Shown: positions 25,183-38,762, numbered from the whole stretch's first letter. The stretch is DNA of 62,178 bases, filler included, from Rhabdomonas costata (GCA_019059605.1; 21 parts of 21 records of this genome joined end to end with filler, not necessarily neighbours in it); one strand, 5' to 3'. The notes: generated by a model from the letters alone, not told the origin. Translations and numbers: made by a program.

Positions 25183-26644
25183 ATGGAGGACGTTGGTAGC
25201 CTCAGTAGCGGTCCCACTGACTTTGACCCGAGGCAGCTTGTGCTGGATGGGACGCCCGCGCAGGCTGCCCAGGTACTGCGTCTTTCTTGAGCCGTGATTG
25301 AAGTCAGCTGTGAATGACTGGGAAACGGGCAAGAGGAATTTGTGGTCGGGCTGAAAGTCGGACCGAGCGCTAGCGACTCTCGGCCCAATACAAAAAGTTA
25401 TGTTGATGTTCTATTTAGCGAGTTTTTCATATGTGTATCCTCGGCACAAAGAACACCCTCAGTTCAAGTTCTGATTGGTTGCATCCTTCTTTGGTCAAGC
25501 CGGTTTCCCTTTTTGTCCCGTTCCCCTCCTCCCGACACTGCGCAGGTGCTGAACTGGCTGCTCGAGCACCGCACCGATGAGGATCTGCAGGAGCGAATCT
25601 CGGAGATCTTCGGACCGGTCATAGCGCGGCGGCTGTCCACCGCTGGGAGCGAGGAGTTCACTCCGGTGACGGCGCTGCTGCCTGAGCTGCACACCTCTCA
25701 GCCGCACCGCACCGTGCGTGCGCTTGTGCCTCTCTGTGGTTTTGGGGGGGCAAGGATCGAGATGTGATCTGGGGTTGGCTGTGCAGTTTCTTTCGCTGAT
25801 TCTGCGGTTGTTGCTGACTAGTGGCATGTGAGTGAGAATTGGTTTGTGATTTGTTTTACGGCTCATCTGGGTCAGTCCTGCGCTCCGCTGATCGATGACC
25901 GGTGCCCACCATTCACATCCGGGCCCACACTCACGGGCTCCTATTCGTTTCCATTTTAGGTATCCGACGCTGGCATTCAGACTAACCCGTTGGTGGAGCA
26001 CCCCCCGCACCCGGTGCTGCAGTTTGACACCCCGGACTCTGCATTGGCTCACGGCTTGGAGGCCTTGATGCGCAAGGCATGTGCCGGTTTGTTTTAGATC
26101 CTTGCCTTGGCACTGCCCCCAATGACAGTCTGCCTTTCAGCTGTGCTTGGGTAAGGCTTCTTTCTACACAACGGAGTGCACTGTGTGTGTGTTTGACTAT
26201 TTTCTGCTCTGGCAACTCTGACAAGGCCTTTTTGCTGGTTCGCAATTTCTTTGGTGGTGCGAGAGCAGAAACACACCCCTACCCTTATCCCCTCAGGAGA
26301 CTATTTCAGTCTCTGTTCCCCATTCTCAACCACGCGTATTTGATGCCAGTTTCTGGCAAACGGTCAATTCATCTATTTTTGGAAGAGATTAATCACATTC
26401 TCCCTGCCGTTGTCCCTGCAGATCAGTGAGTCCATTCCTGGCGGAAGCCCCACCTTCCTGGCTCGGTTTGAGCACCTCACTTACACCGCCCAAGTGGTCC
26501 CGGGAGGCGCCAACGCTATTCCCAGCGTGGGGACATCCTTTCGGGAAATGCTGATGCCCTTTCGACGCCCCAAGACGGTCCCCCGTGTGGTGCTGAACGA
26601 CCTCACGGGAACCCTGCGGCCGGGGAAGATGACGCTGGTGCTGG
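25183..26644 (+). CDS. ABCG/PDR-family ABC transporter, 5' part; exons 25183-25272, 25546-25713, 25960-26076, 26422 to >26644
   Basis: Last exon ARFEHLTYTA...IPSVG...VVLNDLTGTLRPGKMTLVLG leads into Walker A as in PDR NBD1; upstream exons all phase 0. Confidence 0.85.
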
Positions 26645-28394
26645 NNNNNNNNNNNNNNNNNNNNNNNNNNNNNNNNNNNNNNNNNNNNTTAATTAATTAA
26701 NNNNNNNNNNNNNNNNNNNNNNNNNNNNNNNNNNNNNNNNNNNNCACTAGATTTTAAAACTTTCAACTTTCTGCTGTGAAACGATGTTATTTTCCAACGG
26801 CTCTATTTCAGAAAATTTTCCATGACCTATGCTTTCAAGGTACCAGGAAAACAAACCATATTCAATGGGTGCCTAAAAAATAGGGCCCGAAATGTGCAAG
26901 AAAAAGTGCATTCAGCGCATCCTGCGGCAAATTGTCCCCTGTAACTGTCTCCAAAAGGGGTTTTTGGGAGAATCTCAAGTCATTTTGTTTTTGCAAACTT
27001 CCCAGTCTGCTTATAATGGGGGCAACTTTTGCTTAATCGGTCTGTAGTGTGGCACACGAGCAGCACATGCCTTTCCCCGGATGCTTTTAATCCTCCACTG
27101 TTGAATTGATCCATAAAAGACAGTTGACCACGGATGTTGGCACCTCAGCGTGCCATTGTTTTCCAAGTACAGCGGTTGCTTCAAATACTTTCGATATTGC
27201 CTAGTTTTTCTGCTGCTTTTTCTGCTTTTTCCACCTAACTCATTCTATATTCACTTTTTTGTGGCACGCGTTTACTAAAAACTGTGACCGATCCCACAGC
27301 CCAGCAACTTCTGTATGATGTATAGCAGATCCAGGCCTCCGAGAAAAGCCTGATTCAAAGCCACCTGGAGCTACAATTCCAGGTTGTAGTGTCTAAAACC
27401 AACCTGGAGGCCACATTCGGATCTCTAAGTCTCTGTCTCGCTCCGCAGCCTCCGCCCGCGACACCAATTCAGGTCTGCTCCCTGCTCAACCTTTCGGGCC
27501 AAGCTCACCTCCAGAACTCCGCCCGCAGAATGCCAACATATCACCGATCGGCGGGTTCAACTGCAATACCACAAAAAAGTTGAACCGCGGCCACTGGAAA
27601 GACAATAGGGTGCGCCAGTTGTGTCGGAGGATGCGTAAGAAAGAGCGGCGGCGGGAGGAGGTGCGGCCAGTCAGGGTCTTGATGTATGCAGCGGTGGAGT
27701 CAGTGATTAAGCACAAATGGCTGAACTTGCGTAATACTGCCTGCCAGACGCAGTGAAACAGGGCATACCGTCTGGTTCCGCCTGGTTTTGGCTGCGGACC
27801 CAGTGTGGAGTTCGCACAGAGGTAAAATGACAGCGGTGCTGGTTTGTGGCCGGGGCCAGCAACCCAGTTCCGATGGCCGCAGCTACCGCAGGGATAAGCG
27901 GGGGGTTGCGCGAGTCGAAGCGGCTCCCGCTCTTTTGAGGTGTAAAATGCGGAAGCCGGGGTGGAAGAGGTGTCCGGCATATATGGCGTTGAAAAACACT
28001 GCAAGGGTGCAAGGGTTTTTCCGAACAAACACATTTAAGCGCTGGGACCAGAGAGAGTCTTTTCCACATAACTATGCAGAGCTCAGAGCCGCCTTCCTCG
28101 AACGACTGTCCGTCGTGTGTCTGACACCCTGACACCATTGATCAGACAGGGATGGCGGACAATGGACCCTTGACCCGTGGACGTGGGAATAAGCGGGCTC
28201 GGGGACAAGAGACAGATAACAGCTCTGCTGGGTATTTAATCGTCGTTTTCTTTAATGGTTTAGGTAATCTCGAAGCAGTCCCAGCCGGCTACACAGCGAG
28301 GCCTTCTTGTCCTGGACGTTTTCGCGGCCGACACCACGGAAACGTTCCTAAAATTTGTCAAGAAAAGGGATGGTCCGTTGTGGTTGTTTCCGCC

Positions 28395-28740
28395 GCCCGC
28401 GTTAGCATCGCCGTGGGCCTTAATGACGGCGGCGTGCAACCGCCTCCAAACCTGACCAGCAACCTCGGAAACGGGCACGCCCTGGCACATGATCTGCAAT
28501 ATAACTATCCTCCGCACCAGCCGCTGCCCTTCGCCGCCCCATGCTCCCGTCGTCTCCACGCACACAGGCACGCTTCTCCAGCCCACAGAGGCGCACACTG
28601 GACCGTTCTCAGCCCGCTAGGACTTCTCCATCTGTTCCACCGTGTCACCGGGAGCCACCGCCGCCAGAGTCGCCACAGGGGTGACAGCACGTCAGCAGGT
28701 CGCTCCGAGGAAGCTGGGGTGGGGAACTCTGTGGTCGCCG
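28395..28740 (-). mobile_element. Degenerate CRE-like non-LTR retrotransposon restriction-like endonuclease (RLE) fragment
   Basis: ERPADVL...GWRSVPVCVETTGAWGGEGQRLVRR...EVAGQVWRRLHAAV, with frameshifts. Confidence 0.75.
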
Positions 28741-29084
28741 GCAAGCCAGCGATTTTTTTTTTACACAATATGTACAATTTTTGATATGCAATTTTTATAG
28801 GCAATCGCTGTAAAATTTTTATATCAAAGCTATAAAGGGGAGGGGCCTGCTAACAAACCAAGCCCCCAATGAAACAAAGCTGCAGATAGCAACGCGTTTA
28901 ATCACTGATGAAGTACACGTTCTGATAACATACACACTGGCGGTTAAACCTGCTTTTCTTGGTTTCCAACAAAAATGCTGCTATCCTTCGCTGCAAGAAT
29001 TTCATGCTTTCAAAACCGTTAAATCAACTGCCAAGCTTCTTTGAACTAGCCGCTGCATCCTTGGGGTGTGTGCTTTTCTTTCAG

Positions 29085-29544
29085 CCTACCGTGGGTTCTT
29101 GACTGACAGTGAAGACAACATGAATTGCAAGATTAACAACCTGACGATGACCCATCGGGATGGAAAGACGACAACGCTTGAGCAAGTTTTCCTTCGTGGA
29201 AGCAAGATCAGGTGCTCACCCTCTTATGCTGGCCCTGCTATTCTAGTCTTCTTTCCTGTGTATTTGTTGCTGTCCTTTTTTTTAGGTTCATGATTCTACC
29301 TGATATGCTCAAAAATGCACCGATGTTTAAGCAAATCGGACAAGACGCCCAGGGACGTGGTCGGGGAATGGGATTTGGAGTGAAGCGTGGTGGAAAAACT
29401 CCATGTATGCTGGTGCATTATCTTCTAATGTTGGTTTCTCTGCGTTTTGTGCACTTTTGGAACATATAATTTTTGTTTTTGTCAACCATGCCATGCATTC
29501 ATCATTCGTACATTTTTTCCCGTGCAGTTGGTGGTCGAAGATGA
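29085..29544 (+). CDS. SNRPD3: Spliceosomal Sm protein D3; exons 29085-29211, 29286-29404, 29528-29544 (first exon not in this contig)
   Basis: [57 protein letters not shown]...GRGRGMGFG...F-GGRR*. Confidence 0.95.
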
Positions 29545-32191
29545 TGTCCACTGTCTCTGCTCGGACTGCGGTGCGTGGCTGCTGCAGGCCATGCCTCGTG
29601 GTGTTGGACTGNNNNNNNNNNNNNNNNNNNNNNNNNNNNNNNNNNNNNNNNNNNNTTAATTAATTAANNNNNNNNNNNNNNNNNNNNNNNNNNNNNNNNN
29701 NNNNNNNNNNNTTTTTGTTGTTGTGAAAAAAAAAGCACATCAGTGGAAAGCCCAAAAGCAGATTTTTACAGCAGAGATTCTTTTTCCCTTTCAGTTTTTG
29801 AGCGAAAAGTTGGGATGGCTCCGGCTGACTCATTCACTCGTGCGCGGGCTATGCTTTCCAACCATTCCATTACCAAGGGGTCATTTGTTCGCGGGCAGTG
29901 GGCCCATCCCATTATCATGTTTCCTCTTTGCAGGCCAATTCCTTTGCTTTGATGGTCATGCATCAATGCAACCCTGTTTGGTTTTCGGCTTCCTTCCAAC
30001 CTCCTTTTCATCACACCAACAAGAAAATATAACCTTTGCGTCTAGCGACAACAACTCAAGACAGCATGGCATTTGCAGCTTCGGATTTGCACTCGTGCAG
30101 GGAGAGCATGGGGGGTGGGCGAGGAATGAAGGAAGATGGTCATACCAAGTCCTCCACAATACCGTCCCAACTGATCCCATCCTGCAAGTCCATTTCCGGT
30201 GCCCCAGCAGAGCCTTCCTTTGGACAGGGTGACGCGCGGCGGGCGCTTGCGCGAGCGCCCCCCGTAGTCCCCAGGACCTTCTGCCGAGGCCTAGTCCCAC
30301 GGGAGGATGCCCCCGCGCGAGCGTTCCCGAAAGAGCCTTCCACTTTGCGCCTTTTACTTGCGGAAGCCGCGGAAGAGGATGGCGGGGCCTCGAACTCCAT
30401 TAACCCACCCCGAGGCAGCCTGACAGACGCACCGGACCCAAACATTGCCGGAAGAACAAGGAAGCAAGGACTTCCTTACCAATGGATGCGCAACCCCACA
30501 CAAAGGGTGCCGGCTAGGCAAAGCACTTGTCTGGGAAAGCAAACGAATAGACGAGGAAAAAACGGAATTCCGCGGACACGAAAGCTTGAGCTACAATCTT
30601 TGCAAAAGTGTCTAGGACCCCCCCCCCCAAAAGAAAAGACACACACCGGGGGTAAATATCCGCCTGGATCCACAACATTGTTTTCGGGGGGGGGGTCCGA
30701 ATTCCAAATTATGGGCGAAGGTTGCCTGCGGATACCTGGCACGACAAGTCCAGCTTATTGGCTTAAACAGCTTTGGGAAGAGTGTTTCAGGTTGGCAGCG
30801 GAGCGAAATGCTACGACTTGAATTGGAGCCAAGGACCATTGAGGGGCTTCGTTCAGGCCTTTGGGTCTTTCTGGCCCGGCAAAGTAGAAGTCAACCCGGT
30901 GCACCAACAGCTGATTGATACTGGCATCACTTACATGATTCGTTTCCACCATCGGCGGGGCTGAGTTTACCAAAGCACCGTGCTTTCCCTTGGACTTTGG
31001 CGCTGTTAACCGTTTATTATCCGACAATTGGGGGAATGTTTGAATCTCGATCTCGAAGTCTGTGAGATTACCTGTTGGTGCCCTCCAGTACACCTAAGTT
31101 TTATAGACTCCGATACACACAAAAAAGCCGCGAAGGCCAAAACCTCGCACGCAAACCCATCAACGGAAAAGGAGCTTACACGCACTGGGACACCGTGAGG
31201 TGCTGCCCTTGAGCAGCGTTGACGCACGTTCAGTCTGCAGCAAGCAACGCAACTCCGAAGAAAAGTCACGAAAAGTGGTCGAATTCACAGTCTGCAGCTA
31301 CGTCTGAGCGACACTGCCACGTAAGTTCTGAAGCAGGCCAGCTGGCGAGGAGCAACATAAATAACCTGGGCAAAATGAAACTTCCCATCACGCAAAGTGA
31401 CTCAGGAAGGGGGGGGAGCTGCCTGAGCCACGGACAGGAGTGGACGAACTTGCAGTTGGTCTAAGACGCTCTATGAAACACAAAGAACACAACAAAATAA
31501 AGGCCACCATAGAATAAAAAGCAGAACCTTCGCGTCTCTCTGACATTCTATCCCTGACTCCAGCGTTCTATGAAAAGAGGTGTTTAAAGTCAGGTCCCTC
31601 CGCCTTCTCAAGGAGTGTTGTTATGTGCTGAAGAAGGCGCAGGCAGATGGAATGACAGCCTCATTCAAATCGAGGCGTCGAAGTAGCTTGCGCACCACAG
31701 CAATCCGAGAGTGAAGCATGGAGTGGGAAGTGCATCAGCCGGGAGCCGGGAGATGCATCTACAGGCAACTACGAATTCCTAAGAGCGGAACCCCACGCCG
31801 TGTTGTCTTTGCTGACTTAAAGTCGAACAAGTCGTTTTGTTGTTCTGTGTTGCTGAGCTGAGCACGGAGAGGTCTCAGAACATGCGTGTGTGGTCCCGCA
31901 CCGCACCAGGTGCACCACACGCATGCTGCGATTGTGTGTTCATCAGCCGTGGTCCACAATCTAATTACTCTATGCTCGACAATGCTCAACGTAGCAGAGC
32001 AAACGCCAAATGTTTCCCGGAACAAAAGGGAACTCACAGCACGCAAAACACACAAAAAAGCTAGAGAACATAACGAGCCCAGCTTCTGCTAATGAAACAG
32101 AAGCAACAACCCCCGTTGACTGGAGGGAAAGTAGCAACAAAGAGTCGTAGGGTGACAGCATGTCGTTTATTCTACTTATCGCTTCTTTGGG

Positions 32192-32340
32192 TTACTTTCC
32201 GTTCAGACGCTTCAGCAGCACGCCCACCGCTTCCTCGGAGGTAAGCCCGGAGTCCATCAGTTTGTTGTAAATCTCCTTCAGTGCCTGGGAAAGGACAGTG
32301 GGCATGTCATCTCCCAGTGCCGAAGAGCAGCGGCTGCATC
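32192..32340 (-). CDS. Terminal exon of a hypothetical protein
   Basis: GCGCAG|..CSRCSSALGDDMPTVLSQALKEIYNKLMDSGLTSEEAVGVLLKRLNGK*. Confidence 0.5.
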
Positions 32341-33231
32341 CTGCGCAGGCAAAGCAACACAGATGCGAGGCGCACAAAGGGGGGGTTAACCTGCAAACCG
32401 TCTGATCCCAGAGCACTTAACGCAACTGCCAAACTTACACAAGATAACACTTGACCCGGGTAAGGTTTGGCCCTTTCACATGGAGAACCTTGAGTAACAA
32501 CTCCTCTGGCAACAACGCGCGTAAGAGGGGAGAAAGGAGGCCGTGTGTTATTTGTGTGGTCCAAGAATACCCCCAAAANNNNNNNNNNNNNNNNNNNNNN
32601 NNNNNNNNNNNNNNNNNNNNNNTTAATTAATTAANNNNNNNNNNNNNNNNNNNNNNNNNNNNNNNNNNNNNNNNNNNNGGAGGTGGGGATCCGTTGCACA
32701 AAAGACGCAGATGTACGGCATTAATTTTCGCTTTTTTATTTCGGTACCAGAGTATGCTAAAGCATAAGAAGAATATATCTCTGTGAATCACTTTTCGGTT
32801 AACTTGTCCTTTTCCCCAAAGTTCGGTTGCATTATACTTGCTGGGATTCCGTGGAGTTTCATCGACATTAGCTGGACCACGGAGCGTCGCGCAGAGCCCC
32901 GCGATCCCAGATGCTTTCTGGGAGGCAGGAGCGCTATTTTCACGGCGGTCAGTGGTGAATCGGTGGCGTTTCGTTTCTTTGCAGTTCTGTACCTGCGGTA
33001 AGCGGAAAATGGGAGTACAACGGTCGCGTCATTCGCTAATATGTGGAACTCCTACCACCATTATCACCAAGCCCCCCAAAAACATTGACAAGTTTTGGTT
33101 CTCCTTAGGAACGGGGCATAAAACAAAGGGACGGGGGGGTGTGGGAAAAGAACAGGCCACCCACACAAATTCACGTCGCCGAGAGTCAGCGGGAACTGGA
33201 CGCACACACATACCCCCACCCATTCACGCAC

Positions 33232-35543
33232 CTGGCGAAAGGTCTGCACCATCTGCGGGTTCGCCTTCAACCATTTCTCCGACATAGGAAGCCCCTGGGC
33301 CTGAGAAGGAAGAAGCGGCTGGCGCGGGAACGGGGTCTCTGCCGACTGATCTAATTAGTGTACAATGCCCTGTATGCCCTGTATGACTGGAGTGATGTTG
33401 GAGTGTTGGAAGGAGAGGGGGGGATTGGACTTTGCTCGCTCCAGTGCCCCAGCCCTAATAGTGACCCTAATAGTGAGACAGCAATTGTGTTGGGTTCTAC
33501 ACACTCTCTCTCTTATGCACATGGCTGCCTTCGGTCGAAGTCGGTCTTCGATTGAAGTGATGACTTTCGGTCTATATTTCGGATGAGCACGAACACCCAC
33601 CTACCCACCCACCCACAGATTCATACATGATAACAATCGAGCAGCGCGAGTAGCCGGCGAGTCGGTGAAAAAAGCACTGGGTGGTGCTCGCTCCGAAGAC
33701 GTCTCTCGCGAGCCCGACCGTTGCCAGTGTTAACAATACATGCTCCTGGAGTTGCGGTATGGCTATCTCTAGTAGGGGAGAAGGGAAGGCCTAGGTGGTA
33801 CCAGGTGCAGGATGTGGTCGTTGCAGAGGGTCACGAAGGCCACGCCCACCTCAAGCCCAGGGTTAGCCACTTCCCATGCCTTTAAAGAAAGAACCTCCCT
33901 TCAGCCCTCCAGGGACACACTTTCTTTTTGAATCAGGGAATTACATATGGAAGGGCTCCGAATGATGCATCATCCAACTTAGTCGCTGCAGTGTGCATAA
34001 CCGGGTGGGCCGAATGATATGCTTCAGATATGAACTTTCGTGAACAGGTGGCTGGGGCATGGGCGGTGGTGGTGCGCAGGGTTGCCCGTGGGAGGAATTC
34101 CGAAGCCTCCTGTCTGAACCGCGTGCTAAAGCAGGCAAGGGTCCGCATAGCTGCCATTTAAACCAGAAGCATACAGACTGTGGCGGGGCTTGTGATCGGC
34201 CCCCGCCGCCGGGGGTATCCAGACTCCCGTCGCAAGAGCTGTTCCATCTATTTTCTTGCACGCTTGCAGTTCAGCTTTCCTTCGCTCCTCAGGACGAGGA
34301 TGCACACAATCCAATTGACGAGCACCCCGCAGGCAAAAAAGCCTTCAGGGAAAAAGACGCGTTGACTACCTGCTACTAATTCAGAATGCCGGAAAACGCC
34401 GTTCACTGGACTTCCTTCAACTTCACTGAATGTTGAATGCGCTACACATGCGTAGCGATCACTACTCACTATTTGAAAAGATTTTGTATCGAGTTCGAGG
34501 ATGTTGCATCTATCCTCTGGGACTTCAAAAAAAAAAGGGGGGGGGCTGCACCCTTATAAAAGGGAAGCCAAGATTCTGTCCGCCCCGTCCCACTCCCCAC
34601 ACACAGTCCGGGTGCGCCACGCGCATGAACGTGTGCACACCGCAACGACATCCTCAGGCTTAGCGCCATGGTGCTGGGCAACCTCGGGTTCGCCCATCAT
34701 CACATAGCAAAAGTTGAACTGCTCCTGTGCACACAACACCCCAGCACAGATGTGCGCACATACATCGGGAAACCATTCAAACCAGCGGGGGGAAATCGTG
34801 TTCCCGCAGAGAAAGTCACTGGCATGGCCCCTAATCTGCATTCGGAGTGCATCCCAGGACGCTCCCGAATGGAACTCACACATAATCGACATTGAGAGAG
34901 AGTGTGAGGTGAAAGGGGTGAACTCTGGGGTTGAGCAGCTGAATGATCTGATGTCTTACTGGAGTGAGTGGCGTTTCGACCCGGGTGAGAGTAAGAGAAA
35001 GAGACCCACTAATCTCAAGGAGAACTACTACGCCACTCATGTACGGCCATGGTCTCTGGTCCGACCAGGTCTGGTACAGCGCAGAGAGTTCTGAGGGGGA
35101 ACGGGAAATGTAGCACAGCACCCAACAGCGGACAGTGTTTGCCAGATGGTGTTATTGGAGCGCCCAATTCCTCCTCCGCCCGTGAAAAGGAGGACTTCTC
35201 AGCCCCATCCGCAAATTGGCTGGGGCAGGCAGCGACACGCAGCGAGAGACGGGAGCTCAGCCACAGCGTGCATAGAAGAAGAACCAGACACACACAAGTC
35301 TTTCAAGGTACATCTTGAAAGACTTTCATTCATGCGAACCACACACAGCGCATTCAATTCCCAACTGTTTTCACCACAAATGGCTCTTTGGCGGTGGGAC
35401 CCCCCCACACACACACCGGAACAGAAGTGGAGGAACGCAAGGCACGCAGGCAACACAGCGCAGCGCATACCTGCAGCCAACTAAGGCGTTCCATGATGTT
35501 TCGTACCACGACCGCCGTCTCCGTGTTGGACTTCACCACCACC
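33232..35543 (-). CDS. Multi-exon hypothetical protein (weak PIN-like pattern); exons >35543-35471, 34724-34641, 33879-33802, 33300-33232, probably continuing at 32992
   Basis: Phase-0 GT-AG exons give VVVKSNTETAVVVRNIMERLSWLQ-EQFNFCYVMMGEPEVAQHHGAKPEDVVA-AWEVANPGLEVGVAFVTLCNDHILHL-AQGLPMSEKWLKANPQMVQTFRQ. Confidence 0.6.
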
Positions 35544-38500
35544 NNNNNNNNNNNNNNNNNNNNNNNNNNNNNNNNNNNNNNNNNNNNTTAATTAATTAAN
35601 NNNNNNNNNNNNNNNNNNNNNNNNNNNNNNNNNNNNNNNNNNNTGTGGACTCAAGAGGTGTGCAGGCAGTTTCAGAGCAGCTAGCTGGGAACCTAATGTC
35701 GGACTGTACCAGCCACAAAATACAATTCTGCTTTGCCCAACCAAACAACCCGAAAGACACTGGCCCACGAACAGCGACGTCGCATTAGAGGTGACACGTG
35801 AAGGTTTCTTCTCATTTGGACACATACTCCGGATGAGTGAATGCCAGGAGAGCGTGCCATGGTCGACTACCTCTGCAACTCTCAAGCACAGGCATCAAAA
35901 AGTAACATGTCACGAGGGGGCACCCGCATTTGCAGAGCACCCGCCCTCCTCCCCCGACACTGAAGAAGGGATTTCTAGGCCGATCAAGACTTCCTGGTTT
36001 GCTGACATTTAAGATCATTTGCCCGTCACCAGTGGGTGACGTCGAACAGCCTTTCAATTTGATTGGCTCCTCGGAACACAAAATCCCGGACCATGCTCGC
36101 AGGGCGCTTCTTACGTGCAACGGTGTGGACGAACGCTATTCTGAGGTTTTACGTGATCCCAATTTCTGCTATTTCATGCACAGCCGGCATGAACATTTGT
36201 CCCAAATCGGGTTTGCTCCACTGCCGTTGCTTATATTGTCCTTGAGTTCTCAAAAAATGCGAGAATTGGCTGCTCATTTTTGGTTAGGCACTGCCTTAAA
36301 TGCGGAGTTCAAAGACATTCGCATTGGAATGCACGAATTCCTCAACGAGTCAATTCGGTTCTTTATTATGATCGCAGAGGTGTGAGACAACACGTATGTC
36401 AGTTGAACGAATCGTTTTCGGCCTCCTGCTAACTTGCCCAAATACTGCCACCGATATACTGGCGATCGGAGGGCACCGTGTGGTGGCACAGAGGACTTGT
36501 GCAAGTTAATGGCCAACAGCTCAAAGACGATTTGTAGCATGACTAGTCGTCGTAGGGTCGTGCTGGCCTTTTCGACGACATGACTATTTTCTGTTGTAGC
36601 CCTTTGTAAAGAGGTGAACAGAGCGTCGCTGTGCTTCATCCGAAAAAGTTCTGTAAACCCTCCTTGTTGTCATCGACAAATTATTGGCACTGTGCTGCGC
36701 AACGCGTGGACTCGTTCACTGCGAATTCCCACGTCGCAACAGTTTCGCGTGGTGCAGAAGCGAAACCAACTTGCTGCTCAAGTTCATAATTCCGCAGCTT
36801 TTCTCGAAACCTTCATTGCCGAGTGCACGACTTTCAGCAGGTGAAGCGCAACTGCGGAAAAATTTTGGAGGTGCTGCTGGATGACGCGCGAGAGGCCTCC
36901 GCGGCCTCCGACCAAAGGATTCACCGCAGAGAGCGCGACAATGTCGCCCTTCACATCACTTTTGCCCATGACAATTTTGAGCAATGTCTGCTACGATAAA
37001 AACGCTGCCCGTTCCGAAAATTTTTTTTGCGAGTGGTTCCTCGAGCTTCAAATAGCAAACGACTGCCTTGAAGGCTGCTTTGTGCGTGTGAACTGCGAAG
37101 CTTTGCGGCAAACGTTCCATCGCAATCCACCGTTTCGATCGTAGCTGGCAATCACCAAACAGCTGCAACAATTCTGGACCAACAGGAAAGGTGTGTGTGC
37201 TCCATCTTGCACATGGTGTTCCACTTCCTCGACGAAAAGAACGAATGCTCAACGTCCAGGGGTGTCCAGTGGAGGCCCGGTGGAGGCCCAGTTCTCCCGG
37301 TGTGGCCTTCTTCATCGCTGACAAGCACAATAATATCTCAACAAAGAGTGGCCTCTGGCAATGAAAGCTGCGCTCCTGCGGCGCCCCTCTGAACAAGGTG
37401 AAGTTGCATCCTCGGCTCCTTCACCATAAGCTGTCCTGAGAAGAGCAGAATTCTGCGGTGTGCGATGCGGGAAAGCACTCTCTTCCCCTAGAGGATGCCG
37501 CTATGAATGGGCATCTCCTCGAAGCAATGAATGGGGCAGTGGACATTTGTGCGTGTTAGTATGTCACCGCACTTAACAATGTGAGGTGAGGTAGGGGAGA
37601 AAGATGATTTTTCCATCGTGGAAAGTGTCCCTAACCGGGAGGAGTTTTCAGACTCGGGCTTGAGCAGAGATGAGGAAGTCGACCCGTGGAGGACGGCGCA
37701 CCTACGCTAGTGCTGAAGGGTATCTCGCAGTCCTCCGCAAATCAGAGAAAAATTCCCAGAATTGAGTTTTCGCAACAGTACACTCCTGATTGATCGGAGT
37801 CGACCACTAAATGCAGTTTATGAGTTTGAAACAGGAGTTCGAGATGTGAGCGTGGATATTTGCGTTGGTAATCGATTATGCCGCCGCCCCCCCCCATTCA
37901 CCCGTCTTAAGTCTGCTGGAATAGTTAACGCGTTTGAGAAGCGGTAAAAGCAAGTGGGGCGAGTGGGAAGATGGCAAGAAGGCCCTCCCACCCCCACCCA
38001 TCCAGACACTCCCTGACGAATGGTACTCTCCTCCAGCCTCCAGTGCGCCACCCTCACTCCTAGGGAGACCTACATCCAAGTCCCAGGGGCTTGCGTATCG
38101 CCCTCCACTCCTCTGCTCTTCCAGCGAACGTCGCAATTACCCTCCTTATAGTCCTTCAATAGTCCCATGACTAATAAATCATAATGACCACCGCACCTCC
38201 CCCCTCCCTCCCAACTAAAAACGAGGTCTTGTCCCCAACACCTAAAAACAGTTATGCACCTGCGAGGCACACTTTGCACAGAAAATGGAGATGCGCAAAA
38301 CACGAGTTCCATACCTTTAGGATGGAAGTGTGGGTTAGCTTCCTGAGGTACCCCTCCAGCGCTGGTGTGGTGCCGCTGGGGACCTCCTGCAGCGGAGGGG
38401 AGGCTGAGGTGGGCCCACCAGAGCTCTTTTGAAAGGAGAACAGCTTGTTCCCCATCAGCGGCGACGACATGCGCTCCAGCAGTGAGGGGGGTTTGGCACA

Positions 38501-38762
38501 CCCCCCNNNNNNNNNNNNNNNNNNNNNNNNNNNNNNNNNNNNNNNNNNNNTTAATTAATTAANNNNNNNNNNNNNNNNNNNNNNNNNNNNNNNNNNNNNN
38601 NNNNNNAACAGGACGGACTATTCTATTTTAGTCATCCGCAGCGCTCAATTTCTCATTTCAGAAATCAGCTAGTGCAAAATTATGAGCAGAGCCATGGAAG
38701 TCCATTGATTCCAGTCTTACTGGCGATATACTCCGAGGATGGCAGAATGAAGGAGCACAGTC

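Noticed and set aside
30036..30821. 261-aa ORF
   Set aside because: No recognisable motif; likely a chance ORF in GC-rich DNA
38316..38424. Minus-strand exon ending LEGYLRKLTHTSILK|GTATGG, like the start of a PH domain
   Set aside because: No continuing exon found; too short to call
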